A stretch of 64,000 nucleotides of DNA from Chiloscyllium plagiosum (GCF_004010195.1 NC_057719.1:18621159-18685158), one strand, 5' to 3'. Shown: positions 26,373-39,489, numbered from the stretch's first letter. Numbers and translations are program-made. The notes: generated by a model not told the origin, from the letters alone.

Positions 26373-28391
26373 TGTAACTGCAGTGTTTCAAGAATGTAGC
26401 TCAACATGATCTTCTCAAGGACAGTTAGGAATGAGCAATAAATGCTGGCCGAGTGAGTGATGCTCATATCCTGCGAATGAAAGAAAAAAACTCAGGCAAG
26501 ATGACATCAGACATTCTACCATCGGCCTGAGTGCCTCTTGACTGGAAAGAGGAGAAGTCAACCAAGTGCTTGGGTCCTATTCTATGCAAAGAGCCCTCTG
26601 GTTAGTAGAGATATGTACACATTGAGGAAATGCCACAAAGGCTGTGTGGAGTTTTCCAACACTGTGTTTACATATGCACAAGTTAAACAGTGACAAACGA
26701 GAATGGACTAATAGACACAAAGGAGCTATGCCGAGTAAAAATCTTGTATAGAGGAATGGAATAAATTTGGAAAAGGTGAAACTTCCATCTGACTAACATC
26801 TGCAAGGCAGCAAATGTCCAAAAGTATCATTGAAGGTGATGAGGAGGCAGCGAGTATTAGTTGGGAGAGTTTGAGAGATGATGGTTTTGGAAGCAAATGG
26901 AACAGTTGCCAATTCTGAGGGTGACAGAAATTGGGAAACAATCAGCGGCTGGAATTGGTGAAAATGCAGAGTTTCCTGGTATTTGTAGAGCTAGAAGAAG
27001 GGCTGAAGCCGTGGACGATACAAACATGGGATTGAATATTTCAATTCACACTGTTGTTGGTGATGAAGCCAATGTAATTCCAATAGCACAAGCATGATGG
27101 GCGAACAGAACTTGTTACAACCGTTCTGCACATAGATTATTCATGATGAAGCAATTTATTAGCAATTACAATCAGCTTTCCGGTTAAAGTTTATGACATG
27201 AACACAACAAAGTAATAAAAATATAAAAATACCAACTGTGGAATGTTCCCCATTAGATAGAAAATATGAACAAAGTTTTGTTTCCACACAGAAATTAAAA
27301 TCTTTGGTGGGGCTATTTGATTGGGTGGCTCCCCTTGGACTAGCTATAATGGACCGATGAGTCAAGACATTCTGTGCTGTGCAAACATAATTGTTCATTG
27401 CAGTTTTGGTTCTGACATAGCTGTCATTGAGGAAATGCAGCAAGAATGAAAAGAATCATTCCTGTTTAATGCAAATACCAAACAAACATCTTTCTGAAGT
27501 TTCTGAACAATGATCTAGCTTCTCGGTTGACAATTTTACTTCAGTCTTCAATCTCTAGACAAAAGCTAAATGTTTTGCCAGGGGAATATTCCCAGTGAAA
27601 AATGACAATCTTAAAGCAAGGGATGTTTTCTGGAATAAGAAAGAGTGAACAATAGGTGAAAAGGGTCACATTGTTACAAGGCCACAGTGACATGGATTTT
27701 AATCTCATTTACCATTGCTTAATCCCATGTTGCTGTTCAGGTTTGTTTTTTCTGGGTTTTCCCTCCCTCTCCCTCTTTGCTGTGTGATTTATTCAGAGTG
27801 GCCAAACATGATTGCCTTAGCATGGGCAGCAAGAGGCTTTCTTCAGCCTTTTCATTTTTTTCTGATCAATTTCTCAGAAATTCTCTAATATTTGAGAGAG
27901 TTTTCAAATTAAACTCAGCTGACTTGTGTACAAGGTTAGTAATTGGAGACTCAGAGGAAAGAAAAGGACAGAAAGAAAGAGATAGAGATTCTTCTTGATC
28001 CTTTGTGCTTCTGTGTCATTGATGCTATGATTGATTCAAGCGGGATGAAATTAAAAGAAGTTGTGATGAGCTATGTTTTCCATAAGATATTCACAAGTAG
28101 CTACAATTTCATACGCATTTTATATGGAATTAGTGAGAACTTACTCATTCCAGAACCATCTATTTGGGTCATGTCTACAGGGAGCCATGTACAATACTCT
28201 GGCTAGAGTGAGGGCAGAAACGTACTCATTGTTGCCTTCATCCTGATAACCACCTTCATGTGTCCCTGCATCACACTGAGAGTTGACTCTGAGCATACAA
28301 ACACCAAGTTTCTCTATATTTTGGGGTTCCACTTGTTCCCAGTGTTTCAAAGGATTGGTCTGTCCATGCTGTCACAGAAGAGTTTAATAAA

Positions 28392-29365
28392 ATTCATTTA
28401 CAGGATGTAGGTTTTACCTACTGTGCCATCATTTATTGTCCATCCCTCATTGCTCTTAAGAAGATAGTGGTGAGTTGTCTCCTTGACAGCTGCTGTCTAT
28501 GTGCTGCTGGTAAACCTATAACGCTGTTAGGGATGGGAATTTCAACCCAGTGACATTGAAGGAACAGTGATACATTTCTAAGGCTGGATGATGAGTAGCT
28601 TGCAGAAGTACTTGCAGACTGTAGTGTTCCCATATATCTGCTACCTGTGTCTTTCTAGATAAGCGTAGTTGTGGGGATTTGGAAGTTGTCCAAGGAGATT
28701 TGGTGAATTTCTGCAGTGTAATTACAGAACATTTCTAAAACATAAATATCATGAGACATTAATTGAACACACCATGAAACAAACTGGTGCTACTGAGTGT
28801 TGGTGGTGGAGGGAGTGGATGTTGTGAATGTGGTGCCAATCAAGTGTGTTACTTTGGCCTGGATGTTGTCAAGTTTCTTAAGTGTTGTTAAGGCTGCACT
28901 CATCCAGGCAAGTGGAAGTGTTCTGTCACCTGTGCCTTGTAGATGGTGGACAGGTTTTGGGGAGTTAGAAAGTGGATTACTCATTGCAGGATTCTTAGCT
29001 TGTGACCTGCTGTTGTGGCCTCTGTATTTGTATAACTAGCATAGTTGAGTTTCATGTCATTAGTAACCCCCATGATGATGATAGTGGGGAATCCAGTGAG
29101 GATAATGTCAGTGAATTTCATGGGATGATGGTTAAATCTCTCCTATTAGAGATTGCCATTGCTTGGTACTGAGTGGTGCAAATGTTACTTGCCACTGTTA
29201 GCCCAAAGCTGGATATTGTCCAGGTCTTACTGCAGTTGTATATGGACTGTTTCAGTACTGGTGTTGTGAATGGCAATGAACTTGTGCAATCATCAGTGAA
29301 CATCCCCATTTCTGATATTTTGATGGATGGAAGGTCATCGATGAGGCAGCTAAAGATGTTTGGGC
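28392..29365 (-). mobile_element. LINE family B, RT + 3' end
   Basis: Minus peptides PNIFSCLIDDLPSIKISEMGMFTDDC and LPLAWMSAALTTLKKLDNIQAKVTHLIG. Confidence 0.85.
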
Positions 29366-29950
29366 TTAAATCCCAATTTGAAATCTTTGATAATAAGCTT
29401 TTGGATATCTTATGAATTAAAGTATATTTTTGGGGATAGAAATATCGCTTGATTGTCAAGTGACATGTTTAGAATCAGTCTGGACACAGCAGTCTTCAAT
29501 ATTTCTCTAATCACACAGTTTAAAAACAAATTATGAATGTGTATTGCTTGCTGGAATGGTATTTGTTGCCCAGTGAAGAATCAACCACATTGTTACTGGT
29601 CTGAAGTCACATACAGATTAAATTGGGTAAGAACAGCAGCTTACCCTCCTAAAGGGCAGGAGTAAACTAGATAGGTTTTAAAACAATAATTGACAATGGC
29701 TACAATTAGCTAATCATTCAAACTTCCTCATGAACCATGGGCCTGTGGTTTGTAGTTGCTAGGCCGGTGACAGTACCTCTATGCAACTATTTATCACAGT
29801 GCCACTACCCATCACAATGTCATATGCAATCATAGACTTTCAGAGATATACAGCATGGAAACAGACCCTTCAGTCCAACTCATTCATGCCCACTCAATTT
29901 CCTGAACAAATCTTGTTCCATTTGCCAGCATTGGCCCATATCCCTCTTAA

Positions 29951-30168
29951 AGTGAAAGTGAGGACTGCAGATGCTTGAGATCTGAGTTGAAAAGTGTGGT
30001 GCTTGAAAAGTACAGCCGGTCGAGCAGCATCTGAGGAGCAGGAGAATCGATGTTTCAGGCATAAACCCTTCATCTGGAATGTGAAGGGCTAATGCCCGGA
30101 ATGTCAATTCTCTTATCTCCTCGGATGCTGCCTGACCTGTTGTGCTGTTCCAGTGCCACACTTTTTGA
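29951..30168 (-). mobile_element. PLE-derived fold-back mini-element (degenerate hammerhead)
   Basis: TSD cccatatccctct at 29935-29947 and 30169-30181; ~90-bp inverted arms; 36-nt unpaired tail at 29951-29986. Confidence 0.88.
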
Positions 30169-31415
30169 CCCATATCCCTCTAAATCCATCCTATTCATAT
30201 ACCCATCCAGATGCCTTTTAAATCTTATAATTCTACCAGCCTCCACCATTTCCTCTGGCAGCTCATTCCATACATGCACCACTCTCTGCATGAAATGTCA
30301 CCCCTTAGGTTACCTTTAAATCTTTCCCATCTCACCGTAATCCTATGCCCTCTAGTTCTGGACTCCCCCACCTCTGGGAAAAGACCCTGTTTATTTATCC
30401 TATCCATGCCCTTCATTATTTTATAAACCTCTATAAGGTTATCCCTCAGCCTCTAATGCTCCAGAGAAAATAGTTCTAATCTATTCAGCCTGTCCTTATA
30501 ATTCAAATCCTCCAAACCTGGCAACATCCCTGTAAATTTTTTCTGAACCCTTTCAAGTTTCACAACATCCTTCCTGTAGCAGAGAAACCAGAATTGCATG
30601 CAGTATTCCAAAAGTGGCCTAACCAATATCCTGTACGACTGCAACATGATCTCCTGTACTCAATACACTGACCAATAAAGGCAAGCATACAAACTCCTTC
30701 TTCACTATCCTGTCTACTGCGACTCCACTTTCAAGGAACTGTGAACCTGCATTCCAAGGTCTCTTTGTTCAGCAACACTCCCCAAGACCTTACTATTAAT
30801 TGGATAAGTCCTGCCCTGATTTGTCTTTCCAAAATGCAGCACCTTATATTTATCTAAATTAAACTCCAACTGCCACTCCTCGGTCAATTGGCCCATCTGT
30901 TCAAGATCCCGTTGTACGCTGAGGTAACGTTCTTTGCTGTCCACTATACCTCGAATTTTAGTGTCATCCACAAACTTACTAACCAGACCTCCTGCGTTCC
31001 CATTCAAATCGTTTACATAAATGATGAAAAGCAGTGGATCCAGCATCAACTCTTGTGGCACACCTTTGGTCCAGACTGACAAGTAACCGTGCACCACCAA
31101 CATCTTTCTTCTACTTTTGAGCCAGTTCTGTATTCCAAATAGCTCGTTCTCCCACTAGTCAGTGTGATCTAACCTTGCTAACTAGGCTACCATGAGGAAA
31201 CTTGTTGAATGCCTTACTGAATTCCACATGGATTATGTCCACCACTCTGCCCTCAACGATCCTCTTTGTTACTTCTTCAAAACACTCAATCAAGTTAATG
31301 AGAGATGATTTCTCCATGCAGAAAGCGTGACTTTCTCTAATCAGTCCATGCTTTTCCAAATATATGTATATCCTGTCCCTCAGGATTCCTTCCAAGAACT
31401 TGGTCACCATCAATG

Positions 31416-31617
31416 CTGGAAAAGCTCAGCTGTCAGGCAGCAACTGAGGAGCAGGAGAGTGCTGTTTCGAGCATGCGCTCTTCATCATTCCCAATGAAGA
31501 GCTTATAATCAAAACATTGACTCTCCTGTTCCTCGGATGCTGCCTAATATGATGTGCTTTTCCAGTGCCACATTTTTTTGACTCTGATCTCCAACATCTG
31601 CAATCCTCACTTTCTCC
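31416..31617 (+). mobile_element. PLE-derived fold-back mini-element (degenerate hammerhead)
   Basis: TSD tggtcaccatcaatg (31401-31415) / tggtcactgtcgatg (31618-31632); arms centred on cttcatca-ttcc-caatgaag. Confidence 0.85.
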
Positions 31618-32329
31618 TGGTCACTGTCGATGTCAGGCTCAGTGGTCTATAATTCCCTGGTTTTTCCTTACCACCTTTCTTAATTAGTAGCACCACGTTA
31701 GCCAACATCCAATCTTCTGGCACCTCACCTGTATCTATTGATGATAAATATATCTCAGCAAGGGGCCCAGTAATCACTTCCCTAGCTTGCTACAGAGTTC
31801 TACGATACACCTGATCAGATCCTGGGGATTTATCCATCTTTGTGCATTTTAAGACATCTGACATCTTCTCCACTGTAATGTGGACATTTTTCAGGATATC
31901 AGTATTTATGTCCCCACATTTTCTATCTTCCTTCTCCACAGTGAACACTGATGCAAGACACTTGTTTTCTTTTAATCTCCCCCATCTCCGCGGTTCCACA
32001 CATAGGTGGCTAATCTTTAAGAGGGTCTATTCTCTGCCTAGTTACTCTTTTGTCCTTAATGTAGTCATCTGTTTGACACCTTTGCCATTGATGCCATGGA
32101 TGGGTCGACAGTCTCAAAAGAAAGCAGAATTTCATTAGTGCAGTTACTTTAGTTTTTTGTTAACAAGTTTAATCCATGTATTAACATGTCAAGCCAAGGT
32201 GCCTATTTTCGTCTGGTGTTCTAATGGTGAATTTTCATCAAAGCATTGTTGCCTCCGGATTTGATTACTCTATGGGCCTCCTTACAGCCTTCACATTGTA
32301 CCTCTTCTATAAATAAGCTCATTTTAGTA

Positions 32330-32555
32330 TTCTGCTGCTTCTAACCTAAAACACCACGTAACTGTTCAGTCAGCAGCTCTACTTGCTGATCTGCACTGGG
32401 TCGGGATCTGACATTGCCTTGAATTGAACATTCAGATCCTTGTTTCTGCATCCCTCTGTGGCCATACTCCACACCATTTCAGTTAACACTTCCAACTCTA
32501 CAACCCTGGACAAGATTCTCAAATTTTTCCTCCAATTCCTTATTCCTCCCTCCAA
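32330..32555 (+). mobile_element. L2 LINE 3' remnant
   Basis: ctacttgctgatctgcactgg (LLADLHW) is an L2 ORF2 C-terminal motif; an L2-type tail (ctcctgtaaag..aaaggtgctat) reappears at ~36720-36780. Confidence 0.55.
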
Positions 32556-32641
32556 TTAGATTCATACAGTCATAGAGATGTACAGCATGGAAACAGACCC
32601 TTCGGTCCAACCCGTCCATGCTGACCAGATATCCCAACCTA

Positions 32642-32857
32642 GTTCTGGATTAGTGATGCTGGAAGAGCACAGCAGTTCAGGCAGCATCCAAGGAGCAGCA
32701 AATCGACGTTTTGGACAAAAGCCCTTCATCCTGATGAAGGGCTTTTGCTCGAAACGTCGATTTCGCTGCTCCCTGGATGCTGCCTGAACTGCTGTGCTCT
32801 TCCAGCACCACAAATCAAGAATCTGGTTTCCAGCATCTGCAGTCATTGTTTTTACCT
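32642..32857 (+). mobile_element. PLE-derived fold-back mini-element with intact hammerhead
   Basis: Perfect 18-bp TSD accagatatcccaaccta at 32624-32641 and 32858-32875; arms ~32643-32730 and 32733-32821; 36-nt tail at 32822-32857. Confidence 0.93.
32729..32760 (+). ncRNA. Minimal type I hammerhead ribozyme (PLE-type), intact core
   Basis: uc-CUGAUGA(32731-37)-A-GGGC-uuuu-GCUC-GAAA(32751-54)-CGUC-ga. Confidence 0.75.
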
Positions 32858-34668
32858 ACCAGATATCCCAACCTAATCTCGTCGCATTTCCCAGCATTTG
32901 GCCCATATCCCTCTAAACCGTCCCTATTCATATGTACCTCCATATGCCTTTTAAATGTTGCAATTGTACCGGCCTCCACCACTTCGTCTGGCAGCTCATT
33001 CCAGACACGCACCACCATCTGCGTGAAAAGGTTGCCCCTTAGGTCCCTTTTATATTTTTCTCCTCTCACCCTAAACCTATGTCCTCTAGTTCTGGACTCC
33101 CCCACCCCAGGGAAAAGACTTTGTCTATATACACTATCCATATCCTTCATGATTTCTTTCTCCTCTATGAAATCACTCCTCAACCTTTTACTCTCCAGGG
33201 ACAATAGCCCCAGCCTATTCAGCCTCTCCCTATAACCCAAATCCTCCAACCCGGGCAACATCCTTGTAAATCTTTTCTAAACCCTTTCAAGTTTCACAAC
33301 ATCATTCCAATAGGAAGGAGGCCAGAATTGCATGCAATATTCTAAACGTGACCTAACCAATGACCTGTATAGCTGCAACATGACCTCCCAACTCCTGTAC
33401 CCAATACTCTGACCAATAAAGGAAAGCGTGCCAAACGCCTTCTTAACTATCCTATCTACCTGCGGCTCTACTTTCAGGGAGCAACGAACCTGCACTCCAA
33501 GGTCTCTTTGTTCAGCAACACTCCCTAGGACCTTATCATTAAGTGTATAAGTGTTGCTAAGATTTGATTTCCCAAAATGCAGCACCTCGCATTTATCTAA
33601 AGTATACTCCATCTGCCACTCCTCAGCTCATTGGCCCATCTGATCAAGATCTCATTGTAATCTGAGATAATTTTCTTCACTGTCCACCACACATCCAATT
33701 TTGGTGTCATCTACAAACTTACTAACTACACCTCCTATGTTCCTATCCAAATCATTTATATAAATGACGAAAAGTAGTGGACCCAGCACCAATTCTGTAG
33801 CACTCCACTGTTCACAGGCCTCCATTCTGAAAAGCAACCCTCCACCACCAAACTCTGTCTTCTACCTCTGAGCCAGTTTTGTTTCCAAATGTCCAATTCT
33901 CCCTGTATTCCATGAGTTCTAATCTTGCCAACCAGTTTCCCATGGGGAATCTTGTTGAACACCTTACTGAAGTCCATATAGATCACATCCACCACTCTGC
34001 CCTCATCAATCCTCTTTGTTACTTTTTCAAAAAAACTCAATCAAGTTTGTGAGACATGATTTCCCACACGCAAAGCCATGTTGACTATTCTTAATCAGTC
34101 CTTGCCTTTCCAAATATGTGTAAATCCTGTCCCTCAGGATTCCCTCCAACAACTTGCCCACCACCGACATCAGGCTCACTGGTCTATAGTTCCCTGGCTT
34201 GTCCTTACCACCCTTCTTAAATAATGGTATCATGTTAGCCAACCTCCAGTCTCCTGGCACCTCACCTGTGATTATCGCTGTTACAAATATCTCAGCAAGA
34301 GGCCCAGCAATCACTTCTCTAGCTTCCCACAGAGTTCTAGGGTACACCTGATCAGGTCCTGGGGATTTATCCACCTTTATGCATTTCAAGACATTCAGCA
34401 TTACGTCCTCTGTAATGTGGACATTTTGCAAGATGTCACCGTCTATTTCCCCACATTTTGTATCTTCCATGTCCTTCTCCACAGTAAACACTGATGTAAA
34501 ATACTTGATTAGTATCTCCCCCATCTCCTGCGGCTCCACAAAGGGCTGCCTTGCTGAACCTTGAGGGGGCCTATTCTCTCCCTAGTTACCCTTCTGTCCT
34601 TAATGTATTTGTAAAAACCCTTTGGATTCTCCTTAACTCTATTTGCTTCCTTTTTTATAACTTGCTGT

Positions 34669-36693
34669 AATAGAACATAGAATATAGAAAATTACAGCAC
34701 AGAACAGGCCCTTTGGCCCATGACGTTGTGCTGCGGATTAATTTTAAATGAAATAACCTAACCTAAGCATCCCTCAGTTCACTGCTGTCCATGTGCATTT
34801 CCAGCAGTTGCTTAAATGACTCTGCTTCCACTACCAACGCTGACAATGCATTCCATGCATTCACAACTCTCTGCGTAAAGCACCTACCTCTGATATCCCC
34901 TCCATACCTTTCTCCTAATATCTTAAAACTATGACCCCTCATGCCAGTCAATCTTGCCCTGGGGAAAAGTCTCTGGCTATTGATTCTATCTATGCCTCAC
35001 ATTATCTTGTATACCTCAATCAAGTCTCCTCTTTTCCTCCTTCTCTCCAGAGAGAAAGGTCTGAATTTAGTCAACCTCTCTTCACAAGGCAAGCTCTCCA
35101 GTCCAGGCAGCATCCTGGTAAACCTTCTTTGCACCCTCTCCAAAGCCTCTATATCTTTCCTCTAGTAGGGCGACCAGAACTGGATACAATATTCCAAGAG
35201 CTGTAGCAAAACCTCGCAGCTCTTAAACTCGATCCCCCTGTTAACAAAAGCCAAAACGTCATATGCTTTCTTAACAACCCTATCCACTTGGGTGACAACT
35301 TTGAGGGATCTATGTATTTGAACACCAAGATCCCTCTGTTCCTCCACATTGCCCAGAATCCTGTCTTTAATCCTATATTCAGCATTCGAATTCGACCTTC
35401 CAAAATGTATCACTTCTCATTTATTCAGGTTGAACTCCATCTGCCATTTCTCAGCCCAGCTCTTCATCCTGTCTATGTCACGCTGTAGCCGGCAATAGTC
35501 CTTGTTACTATCAACGGCACCTCTAACCTTTGTGTCATCAGCAAATTTACTAACCCACCCCTCAACCTCCTCATCCAAGTCATTTATAAAAACTACAAAG
35601 AGCAGAGGCCCAAGAACAGAGGCTTGCGGGACACCACTCAACACTGACCTCCAGGCAGAGTACTTTCCATCTACAACCATGCTCTGCCTTCTGTCAGCCA
35701 ATCAGTTCTGAATCCAGATAGCGAAATCTCCCTGTATCGCACACCTCCTGACTTTATGAATGAGCCTACCAGTGGAACCTGATCAAATGCCTTGCTGAAG
35801 TCTGTACACCCCACAGCCACTGCTCAACCTTTATTGATCTGTCTTGTCACCTCCTCAAAGAACTCAGTAAGATTTGTGAGGCATGACCTGCCCCTCACAA
35901 AGCCATGCTGACTGCCTTTTATCACACTATGCTTTTCCAAATAATCATAAATCCTATCCCTCAGACTTCTTTCTAAGACCTTGCTGACCACAGACATAAG
36001 ACTGACAGGTCTGTAATTGCCAGGGATTTCCCTATTACCCTTCTTGAAAAGGGGAACAACATTGTGTGGAGTTTGCATGTTCTCCCCGTGTCTGCGTGGG
36101 TTTCCTCCGGGTGCTCCGGTTTCCTCCCACAGTCACAAAGATGTGCAGGTTAGGTGAATTGGCCATACTAAATTGCCTGTAGTGTTAGGTAAGGGATAAA
36201 TGTAGGGGTATGGGTGGGTTTCGCTTCGGCGGGTCGGTGTGGACTTGTTGGGCCGAAGGGCCTGTTTCCACACTGTAATCTAATCTAATCTAATTCACCT
36301 CCTTCCAATCTTCCGCTACAACTCCTGTGGAGAGTGAGGAAGCAAATATGTTCGCCAGCAGCTTAGCAACCTTCTTTCTCGCTTCCTGGAGCAGCCTAGG
36401 ATAAATCTGGTCTGGCCCTGGGGACTTATCAATCTCAATGTTTGTCAAAATTTCCAGCACATCAACTTCATCAATCTTGATCTGTTCAAGCCTGTAACCC
36501 AGCTCCTCAAAGTTCTCATTCACAACAAGGTCCCTTTCCTTAGTGAAAAACAAAAACAAAAACCTTATTTAGGGCTTCCCCTATTTGCTCAGCCTCCATG
36601 CACAAGATTCCTACACTATCCCTGATCGGCCCTATCTTCTCCATGATCATTCTCTCATTCATCATGTATGAATAAAATGCCTTTGGGTTCTCC
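34669..36693 (-). mobile_element. CR1 LINE ORF2 (RT) pseudogene, second subfamily
   Basis: Peptides SGVPQASVLGPLLFVVFINDL..SKFADDTK, PGNYRPVSL and DKSPGPDQIYPRLL; 3' end in tagaacatagaa repeats. Confidence 0.97.
36063..36292 (+). mobile_element. HE1-type SINE (5'-truncated, young) nested in CR1
   Basis: gtgtggagtttgcatgttctccccgtgtctgcgtgggtttcctccgggtgctccgg with CpGs retained; (taatc)n tail. Confidence 0.93.
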
Positions 36694-36889
36694 TGTATTA
36701 GCTCTGTGTCATTTTTCAATGATCATTCTCCTGTAAAGTACCATTGAGTATTTTACTGTGTGCAAAAGGTGCTATTATTATTATACTCATGCCATCTCTG
36801 TGTGTGGAGATTCAATGGGTTTTTAGGAGTTATTCTCAGCAATAGTTTCCAACAATCTTCCAAGGTACCTTCATGTTTACACTACATAA

Positions 36890-38238
36890 GTACCAGCCAA
36901 TGACCATCTATCCACAACTCCTTCTCATTTGACAGCTTTGCTATCACTGGATGCCCCCACTTTTAACATCCTAGAACTTACATTTGATCAGAAACTGAAC
37001 CGGCCATATAAATGATTGGACTACAGGACCAGATTAGAGTCTGAGAAGCCTGCAGTGAATAACTTGTCTCTTGACTCCCCAGCTACAAGCACAAGGTAGG
37101 AATGTGATGGAATACCCACCCCTTGCTTGGATGACTGTAGCTCCAACTACACTCAACAATTGTGATGATACTGTGACTCTAAGAGATGTATTTGGCCCTG
37201 TATTTTATGAAGAAAAGTTGAGATCAGAAGTGACAACTGGTCTGTTTCAAAGCTATTAAAGTAAACAGCTTGTGAGGCCTTTTATTTTCTAAATTCAGAA
37301 CAACAGAATGGGTGGGGTCAAGCTCCCACAGAACCAAGATTTCTAGTTTTAGTTTTCCAGTAGCAGTTGCTAGGGTCCTGAAGCTACAGCACATCTCTCC
37401 CTGCTACTCTCTTTCTCAGAGTTTTCTCCTGACGTTTTTCCTGCTGATCAGCAGAGTTGTATGTGAGACAATTGATTTTGCCAAGGGTGTGTTAATGGGA
37501 ACACATGTGTGTTCATGGTTACTGCATTGGAACAGTTACTGTTTAGTAGTTAAATAATCTATTATTCTGTTAAGTTTTTCCATACAATTAAGTTATTCCA
37601 ATTTCTTCTTTCCTTCATGGTATTTTAACTATAGTGTATGAATAAAGTGTATTTTGCTTCAAGCTGGTGGTTTACCAAATCAAATTGTATCCAGAATGAA
37701 ATGCTGGGCACTTGTCTTTAAAATAAGAAAAAGTTAGGGTCTAGGCTATCTTCTTAACATATTTTGGTCCATAACGCAAACTTGACACCATCCAGGACAA
37801 GGCAGCCTGCTTGACTGGTATTGTATCCATCACCTTCAAATATTACATAATCTGCCATCACCACCCACTTGGTATCAGTATGCAGCATTTATAAGATGCA
37901 CGAGAACAAATCACCAGGGTTCGTCCGGCTACACCTCCTAAAACTGCAGCCTCTATGAGCAAGAAAGACAAGGACAACAGATGAGTGGGAACATTATCAC
38001 CTATGAGTTCGTCTCCAAGTGACACACCATCCTGGCTTGAAACAATGTCACTGTTCCTTCATTGTCACGAAGTTAAAATGCTGGATTTCCTCCCTAATGG
38101 CACTGTGGGTGTCCCTATAGCAGATGGACTTCAATGGTTCAGGAAAGCAGCTCATCACCACTTTTCAAGTGTTGCTCAGAGTGAGCAACAAATGCTAGCT
38201 TTGCCAGAGATGTATACCTCTCATGAATGCATTAAAAA
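36890..38238 (+). mobile_element. LINE family B 3' fragment, split by a solo LTR
   Basis: Peptide RNVMEYPPLAWMTVAPTTL stops at 37160 and resumes as cttgacaccatccaggacaa (LDTIQD) at 37781. Confidence 0.82.
37161..37776 (+). mobile_element. Probable solo LTR (616 bp)
   Basis: Termini tgtgatg...cataacg, flanks caat/caaa (4-bp TSD, 1 mismatch), aataaa at 37641; cleanly interrupts LINE-B. Confidence 0.7.
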
Positions 38239-39381
38239 AGGTACCCAAAATAAGGTCTTGGATGTCAGTTTAGCTGTGTTAATTGTAAGATGCCATGTCA
38301 GTATAGGATTTGATGTCTGCTCTAGGAATGGTACTCAGAGGCTTGTTAAAGAGTTAGTTGCTATTTTACATATTTTGTTATTATGATTGCTATTATGAAC
38401 AAGTTTGCATTGCTTTTTAGTAGCCTGTGCTTGACCTTATATACTCTCCAAATAATATAACATTGATAACACTTTCAAAGTACTTCACTATCCGTGAAAC
38501 ATTTTGGAATGTCCTATTTTGCCTCAATAGCCACCAACTCTTTGTTAGTAATAAGAAAAGGGTGGCTTGATTCAACTGTTAACTCTGCTTTCTTTCCACA
38601 TACATGACAGACCTACTGAATTTCTCTAGCAATTTCTGTTATTGTTTGATTGTATGCATGGTTTTTGGTTTGTAATTGCAAAGCGAAGGACTGCACATGA
38701 TTTTATGCTCACTTGCTACTGTCACTGTGAAGGAAGTTTCTGAAACACTTGAGAAGACTTTTGAGACATTGTCAAGACTTCAAGAGTCTAGCAACATTTA
38801 TTCTAAAACTTTTATGGGGATTTCATCTAAAAGAGAGTAAATGCTATTTTATTCTTCATCTTGCTGAGCACCGGGAAATAGAGAGTGCTCAGTCATACTT
38901 ATCTAGAGTGGGTCCCCTATGGCCTGAATGAGGAATGGAAGAATATGTGGCCAAGTACAGCAGCACATACTGCTCCTTGAAAGAAAGAGAGTGAAAAAGG
39001 TGGAGTGAAAAGAATGCAAGTTGATATCCTATCCCCTATTGGCATAGGATAGGTCTCCATCTCTGGAACCTCCCCACCTTGACCTCGAATACAACATCTG
39101 TTAGTGTGAACTCCCCATTTCTCAGTCACTGCAGGCTAAGAAAAAATGTGAACAGATCAATAGCTGGATTAAGTTCACTGGTGGAAGCCTCAATTTCTTG
39201 TTTCTTAATCAATCTGCAGGCTGCAAAGGTCTGTATTTGGTGATATCCATCTGCATGTGCCAGAATGCCGCACTGATAGAATTTTTTTTTGCCTTCAAGA
39301 ACTAATCATTATGGGTCAAGTGCTGTTTTAAATGAAAGTTAAACTCCGCAGAGGGAAACACATTTTTTTCCTCTTCATCTG

Positions 39382-39489
39382 GTGTGTGTTTGTGTGTGTG
39401 TGTGTTCGTGTTGGTGTGTGTTTGTGTGTGTGTGTCTGTGTGTGTGTGTTTGTGTGTCTGTGTTAGTGTGTGTGTGTCTGTGCTTGTGT
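39382..39489. repeat. Imperfect (TG)n microsatellite
   Basis: Direct reading of the sequence. Confidence 0.97.

Larger units (their letters stand above)
29830..32062 (-). mobile_element. CR1 LINE ORF2 (RT) pseudogene with two fold-back insertions
   Basis: Peptides DKSPGSDQVY, EFSKAFNKFPH, GVPQELMLDPLLFIIYVNDL..SKFVDDTK and RPLLEYCMQFW. Confidence 0.95.
32560..34648 (-). mobile_element. CR1 LINE ORF2 (RT) pseudogene, relatively young
   Basis: Peptides DKSPGPDQVYPRTL, WRLANMIPLFKKG..PGNYRPVSL, YMDFSKVFNKIPH and LGPLLFVIYINDL..SKFVDDTK; several frameshifts. Confidence 0.97.
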
